A DNA stretch of 64,000 nucleotides from Anthoceros angustus (lineage: Eukaryota > Plantae > Anthocerotophyta), in NCBI GenBank assembly GCA_010909165.1, contig VJWM01000196.1:345640-409639 (forward strand), given 5' to 3'. Of this stretch, positions 34,776 to 47,500 are shown piece after piece (positions within the stretch are counted from its first letter, which is position 1; every line of letters starts with the position of its first letter). Position numbers and translations under genes: made by a program. The notes beneath the pieces are model-generated. The model saw only the letters and a list, made by a program, of their open reading frames with translations, searched no databases and was not told where the DNA came from.

Positions 34776-35508
34776 ACCGCACGCCACTGGCAGCTCAGCG
34801 CCTGTTCCTGGCCCCCGGGCGCCCTCGCGGCCGCCTCGCCTCTCCCTCTCGCGATGTGGAGAATGCCGTGTTTGTTGTGACACACCGCACTGTGGATCCG
34901 GTGACGGAGTCCCACGCTCCCCCTCGAGCTGGCGGCTGTCTGGATCGGCCTCCCGCCTTTCCTCATCGCCATCCATCCGTCCACCTGAGACAGCCCGTTG
35001 ACGTGGCCTCTGCAGTCCTCTGTCACTGACCTTTAGGCGCGGTTCGTGGAGGGTAACAGGTGCAGGTGAGTCGGGTTGGCCGGGTGTATCACTTACTTCC
35101 TGCGTCCCTGGTGTGCGATTTTCTGCTCAGATTGCAAAGTTTTGTTGGAGCTGGTTGGAATTCTGCGTCCGGCCCGCCATTTTTTCATCTCCGGTGCGGA
35201 TGTTGCTGTGGCAGGGGCCTTGGCCTGTTGTCGTCACCTTGGTGAAATCGGTTGCGGGAAGGGATGGTGGAGGCGAGGGGGCAAGGGCGGCGTTGCTGAG
35301 GTTGCGATGGAAGATGGTGCGGTATTGCACGGGGCCGGGAGCGAGGGAGGCAGTGCGTTCCGCTGTTAGCCGGGCTGGTGCATCAGGGCAGAAGGCTAAG
35401 TCGATTCTATCTTGGAGCCATTTTTTATTGTATTCAGTCCGACAAGAGGCTGCAATCTTCACGGGAAGGCGCGGTGCTTAATTTATATGCTCGGCTCGCG
35501 GCGTGGTC

Positions 35509-36507
35509 ATGGACACCATGCCGGGCAGATTTTTGGCTGCCGAGGAGTCGCATCCTGTTTCTTCCCCGCCATACATCGCGCCTCCTCCACCTTTTGACAA
35601 TACCGAGCTTCCCAGCTTGAAGCCGAATCTGGCAATTATCCTCGTAGGTTTAGGTTTCACCTTCATGCTTGTGTGTGCGTTTGCGCTATTTGCGAAATGT
35701 ATGAATCCGCATTTTCAGAGGCGAAGGAATTTGAACTGGAATCTGGACTTGGAGGAGCACTCTGGAGGGGTGAAGGATGGGCCGGGTGTGGATCCCAAGG
35801 TCATCAATGCACTGCCTCTTGTCTACTACAGAAGGCGCTCTTCCACGAAACATAGTGCTGGTTTACAGGACCTGGAAAGGTCTTCGAGTGTTAAGCTGCG
35901 GTACAGCGAGCTGGAAAGCGAGTGTGCAGTTTGTCTGACCACGTTTGAGGAAGGGGAGCAGTTGCGGCAGCTTCCGGACTGTCAACATGCTTTCCATCCC
36001 CAGTGCGTCGACTCGTGGTTAAGATCTCAGCCTTCCTGTCCTCTGTGTAGGCGGAGCATTTTGGCAAGTCGAGACAAAGCGTCAGGTAGTAGTGCTTCAC
36101 AGGAGTTACAACCGCTGAGGACTGCAGTACTATCAGATTCTGTGGGAGCGTCTACGAGTGCGCATGCTGCTTCGGCACCTTTCGGCATGACTGGAACAGC
36201 GGATGGTCAGGCTCATTCGCCTGAAATTGTTGTGGTTGGAGGTGAGCCAGGGCAGGACATGCAATCCAGGCTGGTGGTTCCTGGCAGCCAGAGTCCTGTC
36301 TTCTCTATGTCCAGACACGCCAGTGAGGGGCTCGACCTAACCGAGATTCAGGCCTCCGATCAGGCTGCTGCCAGCTCCTCCGCCCATGTTGCAACGACAC
36401 CGGAGGTTGAGATTGCCCCACCGTCTGTTGAGAAGGCCAACGAGATGCAGGAAGTCGTAGTTCAAGCAGCAAGCACATCCTCGCCATCTCACTGGAGTGA
36501 AGTTTAA
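35509..36507 (+). CDS. ATL-family RING-H2 E3 ubiquitin ligase (single coding exon)
   Basis: N-terminal TM (LAIILVGLGFTFMLVCAFALFA), basic patch, GLD-like motif GVDPKVINALPLVYY and RING-H2 CAVCLTTFEEGEQLRQLPDCQHAFHPQCVDSWLRSQPSCPLCR. First ATG at 35509; a GTGAGT donor at ~35086 suggests a 5'UTR intron. Confidence 0.93.
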   Translation: MDTMPGRFLAAEESHPVSSPPYIAPPPPFDNTELPSLKPNLAIILVGLGFTFMLVCAFALFAKCMNPHFQRRRNLNWNLDLEEHSGGVKDGPGVDPKVINALPLVYYRRRSSTKHSAGLQDLERSSSVKLRYSELESECAVCLTTFEEGEQLRQLPDCQHAFHPQCVDSWLRSQPSCPLCRRSILASRDKASGSSASQELQPLRTAVLSDSVGASTSAHAASAPFGMTGTADGQAHSPEIVVVGGEPGQDMQSRLVVPGSQSPVFSMSRHASEGLDLTEIQASDQAAASSSAHVATTPEVEIAPPSVEKANEMQEVVVQAASTSSPSHWSEV

Positions 36508-37949
36508 CGTCCGCTGCTCTCAGGTAGCTTCACGGGAGTGGACTCTTCTGTACAGGGTCTGAAAGGTCTGCTCGCCAGTCGGTTTGTTTCCTCGGGACGG
36601 ACTGCAGCACTGTATATTTTGGGAATTGAAAATTGGCTCACAGCTTGGACTACTTGGCGTTGCTCAGCTCAACAACATGTGTCCACCGGATATGGTACCG
36701 GAGACAAATTGACGAGAAACCTGCTTGTTATCGTACTAGTCTACAGGCTCTTGAAGGTGTGAAAGAGGGCTCACTCAGTGGAGATGGGCAGGAATGGGCT
36801 GCTACAACAAGGTCAGGCCAGAGTGCCATCTGCAAGGTGTAGTGGGCAGGCAGCCACGCCACGTGACTAAAACACAAACGGAGCTCTGAAACGCAACTCC
36901 ATCTGGTCTACGGTAGCTTGCATTTGCGTTGCTTCACCAAATGGACTCGTGTTTCATGTTGTCTTAGGAGCAGGCGTTCCGCCGTATTGAAGTGGCTACG
37001 ACGAGATCTCAAAGTATGTTGCGCAACTTTCGCGTCGAAGGCTGATGGGGACCTTCCCCCCAGCTTCCTCCTTAATTATCTCGCCCGTCCAGCGCATCTG
37101 GTGGGCTCCACCACCTACATTACCCTCAATGCCTCCCCGACTGGCCAGGCGCTGGTGCACATGTCGTATTAGAGATTTTAGGTGGTTACTATCCACTGTT
37201 TTCGTCTCATGTAGAACAGTAGTCGGTTAAGGAAGTATCTTTCAATGTCGTCCACCGATTCTTGACTCCAGGAGATCGCGATTCGCAATTGTGAGTGGCA
37301 GGCATGCCAGGATAAGGCGGCCTCAAGGCTCGAATAGGTAGTCCAATATCAGGCGGGTAGGTAGTGAATCGGCAGTTGTGTCCAAAACAAATAAATACTC
37401 TCATAAAAATATTTTTTCTAAAATACATTGTATCGTCTAGCTAGGATTTGCAGTTTAGAAAGCCTCAATGTTATAGGAAATCATTACAAGGTGATTGCTC
37501 CGATTGTGCCAAAGGTTTTGAGCATATTATGAAGTATATATTTGTTTTTATTATTTTTAATCTAATTTTCTAATGTTTTCAGAGCATGATTTCTGTAATA
37601 TGCTTAGTCTTCTAATATAGTACTGGAGCACGCTTCTACAATCTATGTTTATATCGCGGTTGTTTGGAAGGTTCTTTTGATACATCTAACAACCGTGTAG
37701 TTGGGAAGTTTCATTTGCGCTTCAAACTGAGCTCTTTGCACCTATGAAAGGTGCAATGTCCATTGGGTTTAGTGTTTGTCGATTTAGGTTCCTTTCCCTC
37801 TACTACATAGTTTTTGGGTGTATTTGAACACTTTTTAAGCTTATTTAAGGGACATCCAGTTGAAGAAAATGTACCCTTACTAAGCAGAGGGTGATTGTTT
37901 GAAGTGTTGCTTTGTCTCTGGCAATATGGCTTCTAATTTTCAAAGCTTT

Positions 37950-38690
37950 TTTGTGAAGTTATAAGGCTTGCTTCACCTTCAATATCGAAGGGCAAGCAAG
38001 TGTTAGTTAGCTATCATGGGTGTGTGGTTCTTATGATCACTCGTAGAAAATCCATCTAGGAGATGATTCCTCATATTGGAGTTGGTATTATCACAACATG
38101 TAGGTCAATCTAGGATCAGTATGTTTACCTTGGAGATGACAGGTCTCTTATATCTCCTGGTTGGGGCACTGTAAATTTACGAGTTTCATCTGGAGTCCCT
38201 CTAACATTGCATGATGTTTATTATGTGCCTGACATGACTAGAAATCTAAATTCGGTTAGAAGTGCATGATGTTTATTATGTGCCTGACATGACTAGAAAT
38301 CTAAATTCGGTTAGAAGACTAAGTAGACAATAACAGTCATGTGCTGTTTACCAGAACAGACTGCCCAGTAATAGATGCATTTAATCACCAAAAGTACTTG
38401 CCTATGGATCATCTGACTATGATCTGTTCCGTCTCCACACACAAAGTGGAGCAGTGGAGTCCCACTTGACACAGGATGTCTCCCATGTGACTGCACAATA
38501 GATTGCCAAAGCTAAGTTATGGCATTTCACGATTAGGTCACCCACACATGGCTAAATTGCAGAAATTAGCTATAAGTGATTTTTACCAGGATGGGAAGAT
38601 TGGCCCCTTAAGCGCCATCCCACTTTGTGAGTCTTGTGTGCTTTCTAAGAGGCACCAAGTAGCCTTCAAGAATCAGGCTCCACATCGAAC
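37950..38690 (+). mobile_element. Ty1/copia remnant (protease/linker and GAG-pre-integrase), degenerate
   Basis: TLHDVYYVPDMTRNLNSV and SRLGHPH..PLCESCVLSK motifs; contains a perfect 2x55-bp duplication (38208-38317). Confidence 0.75.
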
Positions 38691-39799
38691 ACACCATGCG
38701 GAAATCTATTTACAATTGCGGGGTCAATGCGGTCATTCCACGCATCGTGACATGGCACAGATCTCTATGGTTACATGCATATGATGAATGCATTCATCAT
38801 GTCCGCTACTAATCACCCGCGCGGCGAAGGCTTTCCACCACAATAGACCTCGTCTGGCCGTGTTCAGATCGATTTTCTTATGGCAATGCATTTCGCTATT
38901 CGGTCGTCTGGTATAAGCGCCCGGCATGGTCGATATGCAATTTGCAATTCCGATAAGCTCTCGGCCATGACACTCAACACACATGGACGAGGCTTGGAAT
39001 CGGGTGCCACTACCGGCCTTCCCTACGCCTCAGTCTCGAAGGGGGGACCAACTCGTGCACGCCAATGCGTCGGCCCGTAACGTGCAGTGCCTATGGAATG
39101 CCGATTGGGGCGGCGCTGTACTTCTGTCAGTCCCCCTATTGCTGGGTGTTCGATTGAAGGATATGCATGACGATGCTCATCGATGCAATGCTATTTAGGC
39201 ACCGATCATGTTTGTACCATGCCTGAGCAGCCATCGTGAACGAAAAATGATACTGCAAGCCAAGCTTAGAACAACGGGACACCGTGGACACCGAACAGCA
39301 GCCTTTATCACCGGCTGTCCGGTGTTGTGCAAGACTTGGGCCGTTGTCTGCATCACAAGTTGTCTCACAATGTTTGGAGTCCAACACAAAAAGCAACGTT
39401 AACCAAACTGGTCGTCTGCAGATTTCCTAGCCCTCACACCTCTCTTCCAATCCCAAATTCAGATGCCACAAGTTTTTTTTGGCTGTCCACCCAATCGTTG
39501 TCTGGAGAGTCAATTAGGCCATCATACTTCTTGGTCGCCGTCTCAAGGGGATGGACCTCTAATCCATCAGCCCCCCCCCCGTCCCCCAATGTTGCAACAA
39601 AACCCTCTTCTCTAGCCATCTCGCCAATGTGCGCTGCGCCTTTCTCACTAACCTCCCCTGCACTTGTCGACACATGTCCTACAACACCAGTCGTAAGTGG
39701 ATTTGACACGCCTCCAATTGTGCATCGCGTCTTCTTGTCTGCATGCCGCTTCATACTCACGAAACAACCTCGTGAAGGATCGTGTGGCAGCACATGATG

Positions 39800-40415
39800 G
39801 TGGAAAGAGGAGAGGAGAGGAGGAGGCAAGTCTAACTCTCTCCTATTGAGATGAGGGTTTGGAGGGTATAAATACCCTCCAACAGGGCTCCCTAGGAAGC
39901 TCCACAAGAAGCCCCTAAGAAGGAGCACAAGAAGCTTCCTAGTGATTAGCTTCAGCTAAACTAATGATACTTAACTGACACCTAACTTAGACTAAGTGTA
40001 TTTGTGGAATGGGGTTTCTGCGTCCCAGAGGCGCAAAGAGGTCACATTACCCTCTATGTCGTTATAGTCCTAGGATTCGATCCCAAGGGAATGGTTTTGT
40101 GTCAAGATGTTCCAATCTACGGGTCCTAGACCTACCACAACCGATCTTTACCCTACCAGAAACAGCCACCGTGGAGATCCCAACCACCGCAGTGGTGCGT
40201 TCAGCCACCGCAGTGGTTGATTCAACCACTGTAGTGGGCCACCACCCCGCTGGGCCGGTTGTCACTCGCCTTCCGGCGAGGTCTCTGAGAGTTATGGCTT
40301 TACACACACACACCTAGACTCACACCTGGTCTAATTCTCTCAGGGAAGTCCGTCCTCGAACTTCCGGAATTAGGCACCACGATCAATACGAAATCTCACT
40401 CTGGCGCCGACCCTC
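39800..40415 (+). mobile_element. Possible LTR with TATA box (TATAAATA ~39872) followed by PBS-like TGGCGCCGA (40402)
   Basis: Motifs seen directly; no partner LTR identified, so the assignment is tentative. Confidence 0.3.
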
Positions 40416-40755
40416 ACGACCACTCGCCTTTTCTATCACCCGCGTTTTCTCAAATCGCTGCATATCCCTCCCCCTCTGACGCTCACCTCCACAGAACCTT
40501 TCCCACATGGATACCTTCCCCACCCCCTCTCTTCCCTTTCTCAGCCACAGACCTCACCCCGGGCCCCACAGACCCCACCCCCTCATAGAATTAAACACGT
40601 TCTGATGGACAATTCCTAGGAGGGGGACAGAGGAGGCACGGTCAGTACTTGGGCAATTCACCCGCCGACGATCTCACCTCGACTTCCGAGCAACCTTTGC
40701 CCCGTTCCAACATACCGGGCGCCCCTCACCAATTGTCGCCCCCGTGTGAGCTTGG

Positions 40756-42860
40756 CCACTCCGCTCTCGACCATCCAGGGATCTTCCCGGTCTTCTTGTG
40801 ACGAGAAAACGATGTGCCGAACCGGTTCGGTGTTGATCAGACGTCTCCAATCAACCCCGAGGATTCGATACGGAAGTTCACACGAAATGCATTAAGAGAG
40901 ACACTCAAAGGGTCTCTTATACATCTAGTCGCAGCTCGATGTCACTTCTCTCCAAAGGTTCAAAAAATTATAGCTCTTACCACGAGCACCCCTACCAATC
41001 CAGTGCAACCATGTACCGCAGGCTCGAACACCCTATCCCCTAACCCCAAAGGAACCCGGACCTATGATGTCGCTGCGCCTAAAATCAGCACGCTGGTTGC
41101 TGCCTAGCTCTACGGCCCATAGGGGTCCCTCTCGCTCGCCGCCACGCCCCGATCCGAGCGATTTTCCCCAAAACCTCCACCTCGCTCGCCCGGCCACGCG
41201 CCTGATCGGCGATTTTCCCCAAAACCTCCACCTCGCTCTCGCTGCCTGCGGTTTCCTCGCGCCTTCCGTGGGCGTTGCTGTGGCCTCTACATCGTTGTCC
41301 GCTCCTCCTCAGACAGCCATCGTGCTCCTCCCTCCATGCTCAGCCTCGCCTCGCTCATCTCCTCCAAAGACTACGGGTAGGCGCAGCTCCTATTCAAGGA
41401 ACACTGTAAACGCCTATGGCGGTCAAGATGTCGACCCGGTGGTTTACGCCCCTCTGTCCCAACAACCACATACACGTTTAGAGTGAGCACCGCTCACCAT
41501 GCGTGCGGCTGTGGACATGAGCATCCTCATCCGACGCGAAGACAACGCCTTCCGACAGAGGTCCTTACCCTCTCCTCCGTGGACAATCCGGGCCGGGCCG
41601 GGTTTCTGTGATCTGCCTCCCCATCTGCAGCGCTTGGTGGCTTCCCCACCTCGGTTCCTCCTTCCGCGACGTGGCGGTTTAGCCACCGTGGTGGTTACTT
41701 CCCCGGTGGTTGCTTGACTCTGCTGTTGCCGGCCTTTCTTGGTTTGGCCGCCTCTCTCTTGACTGCCCTAGCTTCTGCCTCTCGCTTGTATCTCCGCCAC
41801 TTCTTGAATTTCTCCAGGCGCCATTGTTTCCACTTGCTCTCGACCATCCGAGGATCTTCCGGTCTTCTTGTGACGAAAGCGATGTGCCGAACGGTTCGGT
41901 GTTGATCGACGTCTCCAATCAACCCGCGATTCGATACGGAAGTTCACACGAATAAATGCATTGAGAGACACTCAAAGGGTCTCTTATACATCTAGCAGTT
42001 GATCTGACTCACTTCTCTCCGATGTCTAAAATTGTAGCTCTTACCACGAGCACCCCTACCAATCCGAGCAACTTCTGACTCTGCGAGCTCTCGAACACCC
42101 TATCCCCTAACCCCAAAGGAACCCGGACCTATGATGTCGCGCCTAAAATCGGTTGCCTCATGATTCTTTGCTCTGACCCATAGGGGTCCCTCTCGCTCGC
42201 CCGGCCCGCCTGATCGGCGATTTTCCCCAAAACCTCCACCTCGCTCTCGGCACTGCGGTTTCCTCGCGCCTTCCGTGGGCGTTGCGGCGCTGTGGCCTCT
42301 ACATCGTTGTCCGCTCCTCCTCCTTTGGGCAGCCATGTGCTCCTCCCTCCATGCTCAGCCTCGCCTCGCTCATCTCCTCCGGCACTACTTGCGGGGTAGG
42401 CGCCGCTCTATTCGAAGGAACAAGCGTAGCGCCATGGCGGTCAAGATGTCTGACCGTGGTTTACGCCCCTCTGTCCCAACATACACGTTTAGAGTGAGCA
42501 CGCTCACCATGCGAGCGGCAGGGGACATGAGCATCCTCATCCGCCGCGCTGTCGCCCCTTGTCTGAGGTCCTTACCCTCTCCTCCGTGGACAATCACTGG
42601 GCGGGCTGCTGGGTTTCGAGGATCTGCCTCCCCATCTGCGGTACTCACAGCCTGGCTTCCCCACCTCGGTTCCTCCTTCATGACGGTGGCGGTTTAGCCA
42701 CCGTGGTGGTTACTTCCCCGGTGGTTGCTTGACTCTGCGGCTGTTGCTCGGCCTTTCTTGGTTTGGCCGCCTCTCTCTTGACTGGCCTAGCTTCATCTCT
42801 CTCGCTTGTATCTCTCATGACTTCTTGAATTTCTCAGGCGCCATTGTTTCCACTTGCTCC
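40756..42860. repeat. Imperfect tandem duplication, ~1074-bp offset, in an unclassified GC-rich TE-like region
   Basis: CTCGACCATCC..GATTCGATACGGAAGTTCACACG..GACACTCAAAGGGTCTCTTATACATCTAG at 40756+ and 41830+; indel-dominated differences. Confidence 0.92.
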
Positions 42861-44497
42861 TGGACTCGAGACCTCATCTTGAAGCTCCTCAATTGTAGCA
42901 TCGCCCCTTGACTGATTCACTAAGGCCTCTGTTGGGTGGACATGGCCCTTGCTCCATGCCTTGCATAGGGCCGCCTCGCATTCCGTCTGCGCTCCTCGCC
43001 ACCTTGTTCTCGCCTTCCGGGCTCTCCAACTTTCCTTGAGCAACTTCTCATTGTCCACTCGGCCGGTGAGAGCCATGGCTGCTGGTCGAGGAGATCGCTG
43101 CGTCGAGCCATGGCGTCGGGCTGCAGATTCCGGGTGGGCATCCCCGTGCCCATTCCCTCCACAACAATTCTCGCCTGGCGGTGTCACCTATCTCCACTTT
43201 GGGGTCGGTGAAATGTCGCCAAAAATGTCCGGAGCTCGTCGCGGACTTGGCTCTAACCCCTCTTCTTCTAGGGGTTGGTTTGCCTTCTTCCTCCTCCGCT
43301 CCAATCTCTCCTAGCGGCATGACCTCCCCACACAGAGGACAACTTGTCGTTTCCCTTTTATTTTCTCCTCCTTCACCGCGTTCCTCTGCCGATTCGACTG
43401 GTGACCCTAGGTGTGTGGGTTCCTCTTCTGCTGGTCCTTCCCTTCTTCATGACCCGTTCTCATCGCGCCCTCAGCTTCTTGCCCTTGGAAACCTCCCACC
43501 TTCATCCAAGATCTTCTAGGGCGCATTCCCAATTTAGAATCCTTCCGGAATCCTCCTTCACTCCTCCTCCTCTACCTTGGGTTTCCGGCCGGTTTCCAGC
43601 TATGAAGGCGGACCACCAACTCCAGTTAGACACCGGAATCGAATACATGAATTAGAAAAGGTGAAATCAAGGAGGGCCGAGGGAAGGGGAAACAAGTCGC
43701 CTTCTCCTCAGGCTCTTTCAAAGATCATCCTCCCCAATCGATTTGTGTACCCTTAACCACCTCATGAAGACGAGTAGTGATACGCCATATGATCCAACTT
43801 CCGGCTCAGAAACACAAAATCCACTTGGCCAATCCCACCACCAGCATACACGAGTTGGCGAGTCACCCATCCATTGTTCACCCTCACTTCTCCGGGCTTC
43901 ATGAGCGCAGCCTCGTGGTCTTCTTCTCCGGGGTCAATTACCAAGCTTCCATCCTCGATGCTTCGCCCATACATCGCCTCGAAGAGCCCCAAATCCCGCC
44001 ATGCCTCTTCCTCGCGTCGCCCTCTTGCGACTGGTTCTCAATTGCGGCGCACTCTTGCACCAATGCCGTCAGAACACCATTTCTTCTCCATAAATGTGCC
44101 CAGCCCCACAGCCGCTCACCTTCCGATGGTCCATGTTGGGCCACCTGATGGTGGATTTCGCCGCTGGGCGCCATCTCCCTTTCTCCTTGTTTCTCAGAAA
44201 AGAACTGACCCACCCGCAACACCGGGTCGTAAAAGGAACACCACCCTTGCACGCTTCTTCCACTCCCCTTGGCTGGCGCTCTTGCCTCGGCCACTTTTCC
44301 TTCACTGCCACTGGTTTCCTTCCTCCGCCACTGCTCGACCGATGACACGTTCTACCGCAAATAAACAGAGACTCGCCCAGGTTAGCTGCGCGCCAGCCTT
44401 GCCGCAGCCCGCCCGACGCCTGCCTCGAAATTCACTCGCGGCCGGGTGTGTCCGCTTCGCCTGCGCCCGACCGTCGCAGCCCGCCCGCCACTAGGGT

Positions 44498-44559
44498 TGT
44501 AAACTCCTCGTCTCAGACGTCCCTGCTTCTTGCCACCGTGGTGGGCTGGCCACCTCCCA
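44498..44559 (-). mobile_element. Distal part of a Copia 3' LTR split by the CACTA insertion
   Basis: On the minus strand it ends ..GAGTTTACA at 44498, the inverted complement of the LTR start TGTAA at 62679, and is joined to 62425 through the CCA TSD. No 5' LTR is available in the window for confirmation. Confidence 0.55.
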
Positions 44560-47500
44560 CCCTATTAGAAAAGGGCACCCCATGTTACGATCGATGTTGC
44601 AATTTTTTGTTACACTTCCACATTGCAACATGTTTTGGAGGTTGGTATTAAGTTTGTTAGTTACATCCCGTTTGGTGCGACCATCTTAACACGAACGCAC
44701 TCTCTCTTCCCACCTCCCCCTTCCGGGTACACCTCTCTCACAAGCATTGTTAATAATTTCCCACCTTGTATTACGATCGTGTTGCAATTTTATGTAACAC
44801 TTCCAACTTCGATGGTTTGATGGCTTGTGTTAAGTTGGTCCATTCTTTCTCTTCCTTCTCCCACCATCCTAACACAATGCTTGGTCTCTCACTTCATGTA
44901 CCACTTCAAAATTGCAACACTTTATGGTGGCTTGGTGTTCAAGGTGTCCTTTTCTTATCCACCTTCTCACCCCATCTTAACACAATACTTGGTCTCTCTC
45001 CTCTCACCTCACCCTCCTATTTATTGCCCCCTTATCACACCCTTTTATACTCTTTCACTTCTCCTCCTCCTTCATGGTATGAGAAGGACCTCCCTATCAC
45101 CATTTTATACTCTTCCACTATTCCTCTTTCAACTTGCTTGTTACAATGACCTCTCTGCCTTGCTGTCCTTCCCTTCCTTTTACCTCCTTTGCATATACTC
45201 AATATACATATATATGTTTGTAGGCTTCAAGACATAAGTATGTCGTTTATATGTACACATCCATCTTATACTTCTATTATATTAGTGTATTTACATGCCT
45301 CTTTGTATACGTATGTCGTCGTATATAGGCATCAAGACTTGTTTATATAATAATATATATGTGCTAACCCTTACGTCACTCTCATACCTTACATATCTAA
45401 GTGTTTGATTTTATTGACAATTTAAATCAAATTTTTTGGACACTTCAATCGTCCTCTATCCCTTGCACCTTTGTTTCGATGCAATCTGAACTCCACGTGA
45501 TATGGGCATATCGTCGCGTGCACCACCAACATGTGCCTCAGGCGGGCGGCCACGTCACTTGGTGACTCTTGAGACCAACACCAATGGTTTGAGGTTCCTC
45601 CACATCTTCCTACACCTATCCGGTGACCTCTATAACCACTTTCACAATTCTGACCCTGTCAATGCTAGGCCGTACCAACCATTCCTATGTCACTTGCGCC
45701 TACACCCCTTAGCCACCATCCGACTCGAGACTCCTCTTGCGGCTTCAACACCGTTGTCTTTGCTTGACCCTCTTCGCTCCTCGTTTCGTCACTGGTGTGG
45801 TTCACCTTACGTAGGTGGCATTCGACCCACTAGCCTCAATGGCTAGCCCTTCACTCCAGCCCCATAGGCTGCCAAATCACCACTTCCACAATTCTGACAA
45901 GCGAATAGCATTCAATCTCTCGATGTCGGGTTGCCACCCTACTCACGCTTTTGACACGGATGTGATACGCCTCTTGCATAATCGCCATCACCTCCGGATC
46001 CCCACCATCCACGTTGCCTCCGGCATCACTTGACAGTGACGCTCCCTGTTGGCACCTTCCCTCCATCTTCCTTCTCTCCAGGGTTCTCAGGCCTTCCTTC
46101 ACGACTGGCCTTCACCTTCCACCGCTTCCTTCCTTCTTCCCTGCAGTCATGCACACATCACCTACCACGTCCCCATATAGCGTAAAACCTACATATCACA
46201 ACCAAGCATTCCATTAACCGTCAACGACTATTTTACCACTCCAAGATCTCGGCATGTCGTCAATCCATGCCTTGCTGCCCACTTCAACTCATCCAGGTTG
46301 CGCTCCCTCCCCGTTGGACATACCGTTTCGAACTCCTTTGCTCTCCGGACCAAAGGATCCCCATGCTCGTGCTTCGCAATTCTTGCCGGCGTTGCGGCGA
46401 CTTCGTGGTGTTGGCCACACCACCATGTATTAGGGAACGACGCACGGAGTCGGCCGAGAACGGAGGCCGTGGCGGTCGTTCTAGGCCGTGGCGCTTCGTC
46501 GCCGTCTCTGGCGGCGGGAGCGCCGAGTCTGGGGCCGAGACGCTCAATTTTAATCGCAGATCGAGGCGGAGCCGAGGTCTGTCATTATTAAAGAGTTGTT
46601 GCTCGCACCCAAATTTTATAGTTCTTTTTTTCTCTTGCTAGGATAGAAAATATGTCCGGTCTTTTACTTCCGGACTTTTACCGCTTAGTCAAGAGATCTA
46701 GCACGGAGATTACCGTATCGAGACACGGCATCCAAAGCCACATACTTACGCTATTCACAGGATGGCGGGCTCGGACGGGATTATGGTAATTTAAGAGCTT
46801 TTCTAAATTTTTTTTGCACTCAGTAGATGCAGGATACAAACCTTAATTGTATGGCCTTAAGCTCGTGCTCGTGCCGTGGTGACCGTTTATTGTTTCCAAG
46901 CCTGCGCAATACTGCAACATGATTGGTGTCAGAAACAGAATCGTGTTGATCAATAACCCGTGATCGAGCATAAAAAAATTTCACGCAGACAACACGCATG
47001 ACAGGCTTATTAGGCTAGGGCAGGTATATAGGCTGATCAGGCTGATCAGCCTTGTCAGGCCGAGGTTGCCAACCTTGACAAAAACTTTGTGAAAGTATCG
47101 TGCATAAACAGCTCTAAAGACAGGTACCAGCTCCTAATTATTGTCTCCGCGCTCCCGCCTCCCAGCTCCTAGCTTTCAGCAAATATGGACGTAAAGCTGC
47201 AAACTCACAAACACAGGCCACATCTGAGCATAGGGTCAACCCACATGGCAGAGGAACAACATTGTACCGATTTCATGGTTCAATGACTTTACAACCTTAC
47301 CTTCGCTCGTTTCTCCGCGACCACTGTCGGGTCTATGGTTTAGATGCCCAGTTCCAAGCTCGACTGGAAAAAGGACATCGATAGGTTGTGACAAGTGGTG
47401 TGACAAAGTGATGCTTGTTGAGCTCATCCGATCACTTTTCGGTGCGCACACTTTTGAAAGTGTCCTGTTTCCAAGCCTGCCCAATTACCCTGCAATAATG

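Noticed and set aside
34071-35029. Long GC-rich ORFs (269, 194, 175, 125 aa) upstream of ATL
   Set aside because: Low complexity, open in several frames and on both strands because of high GC and hexamer repeats; no domain.
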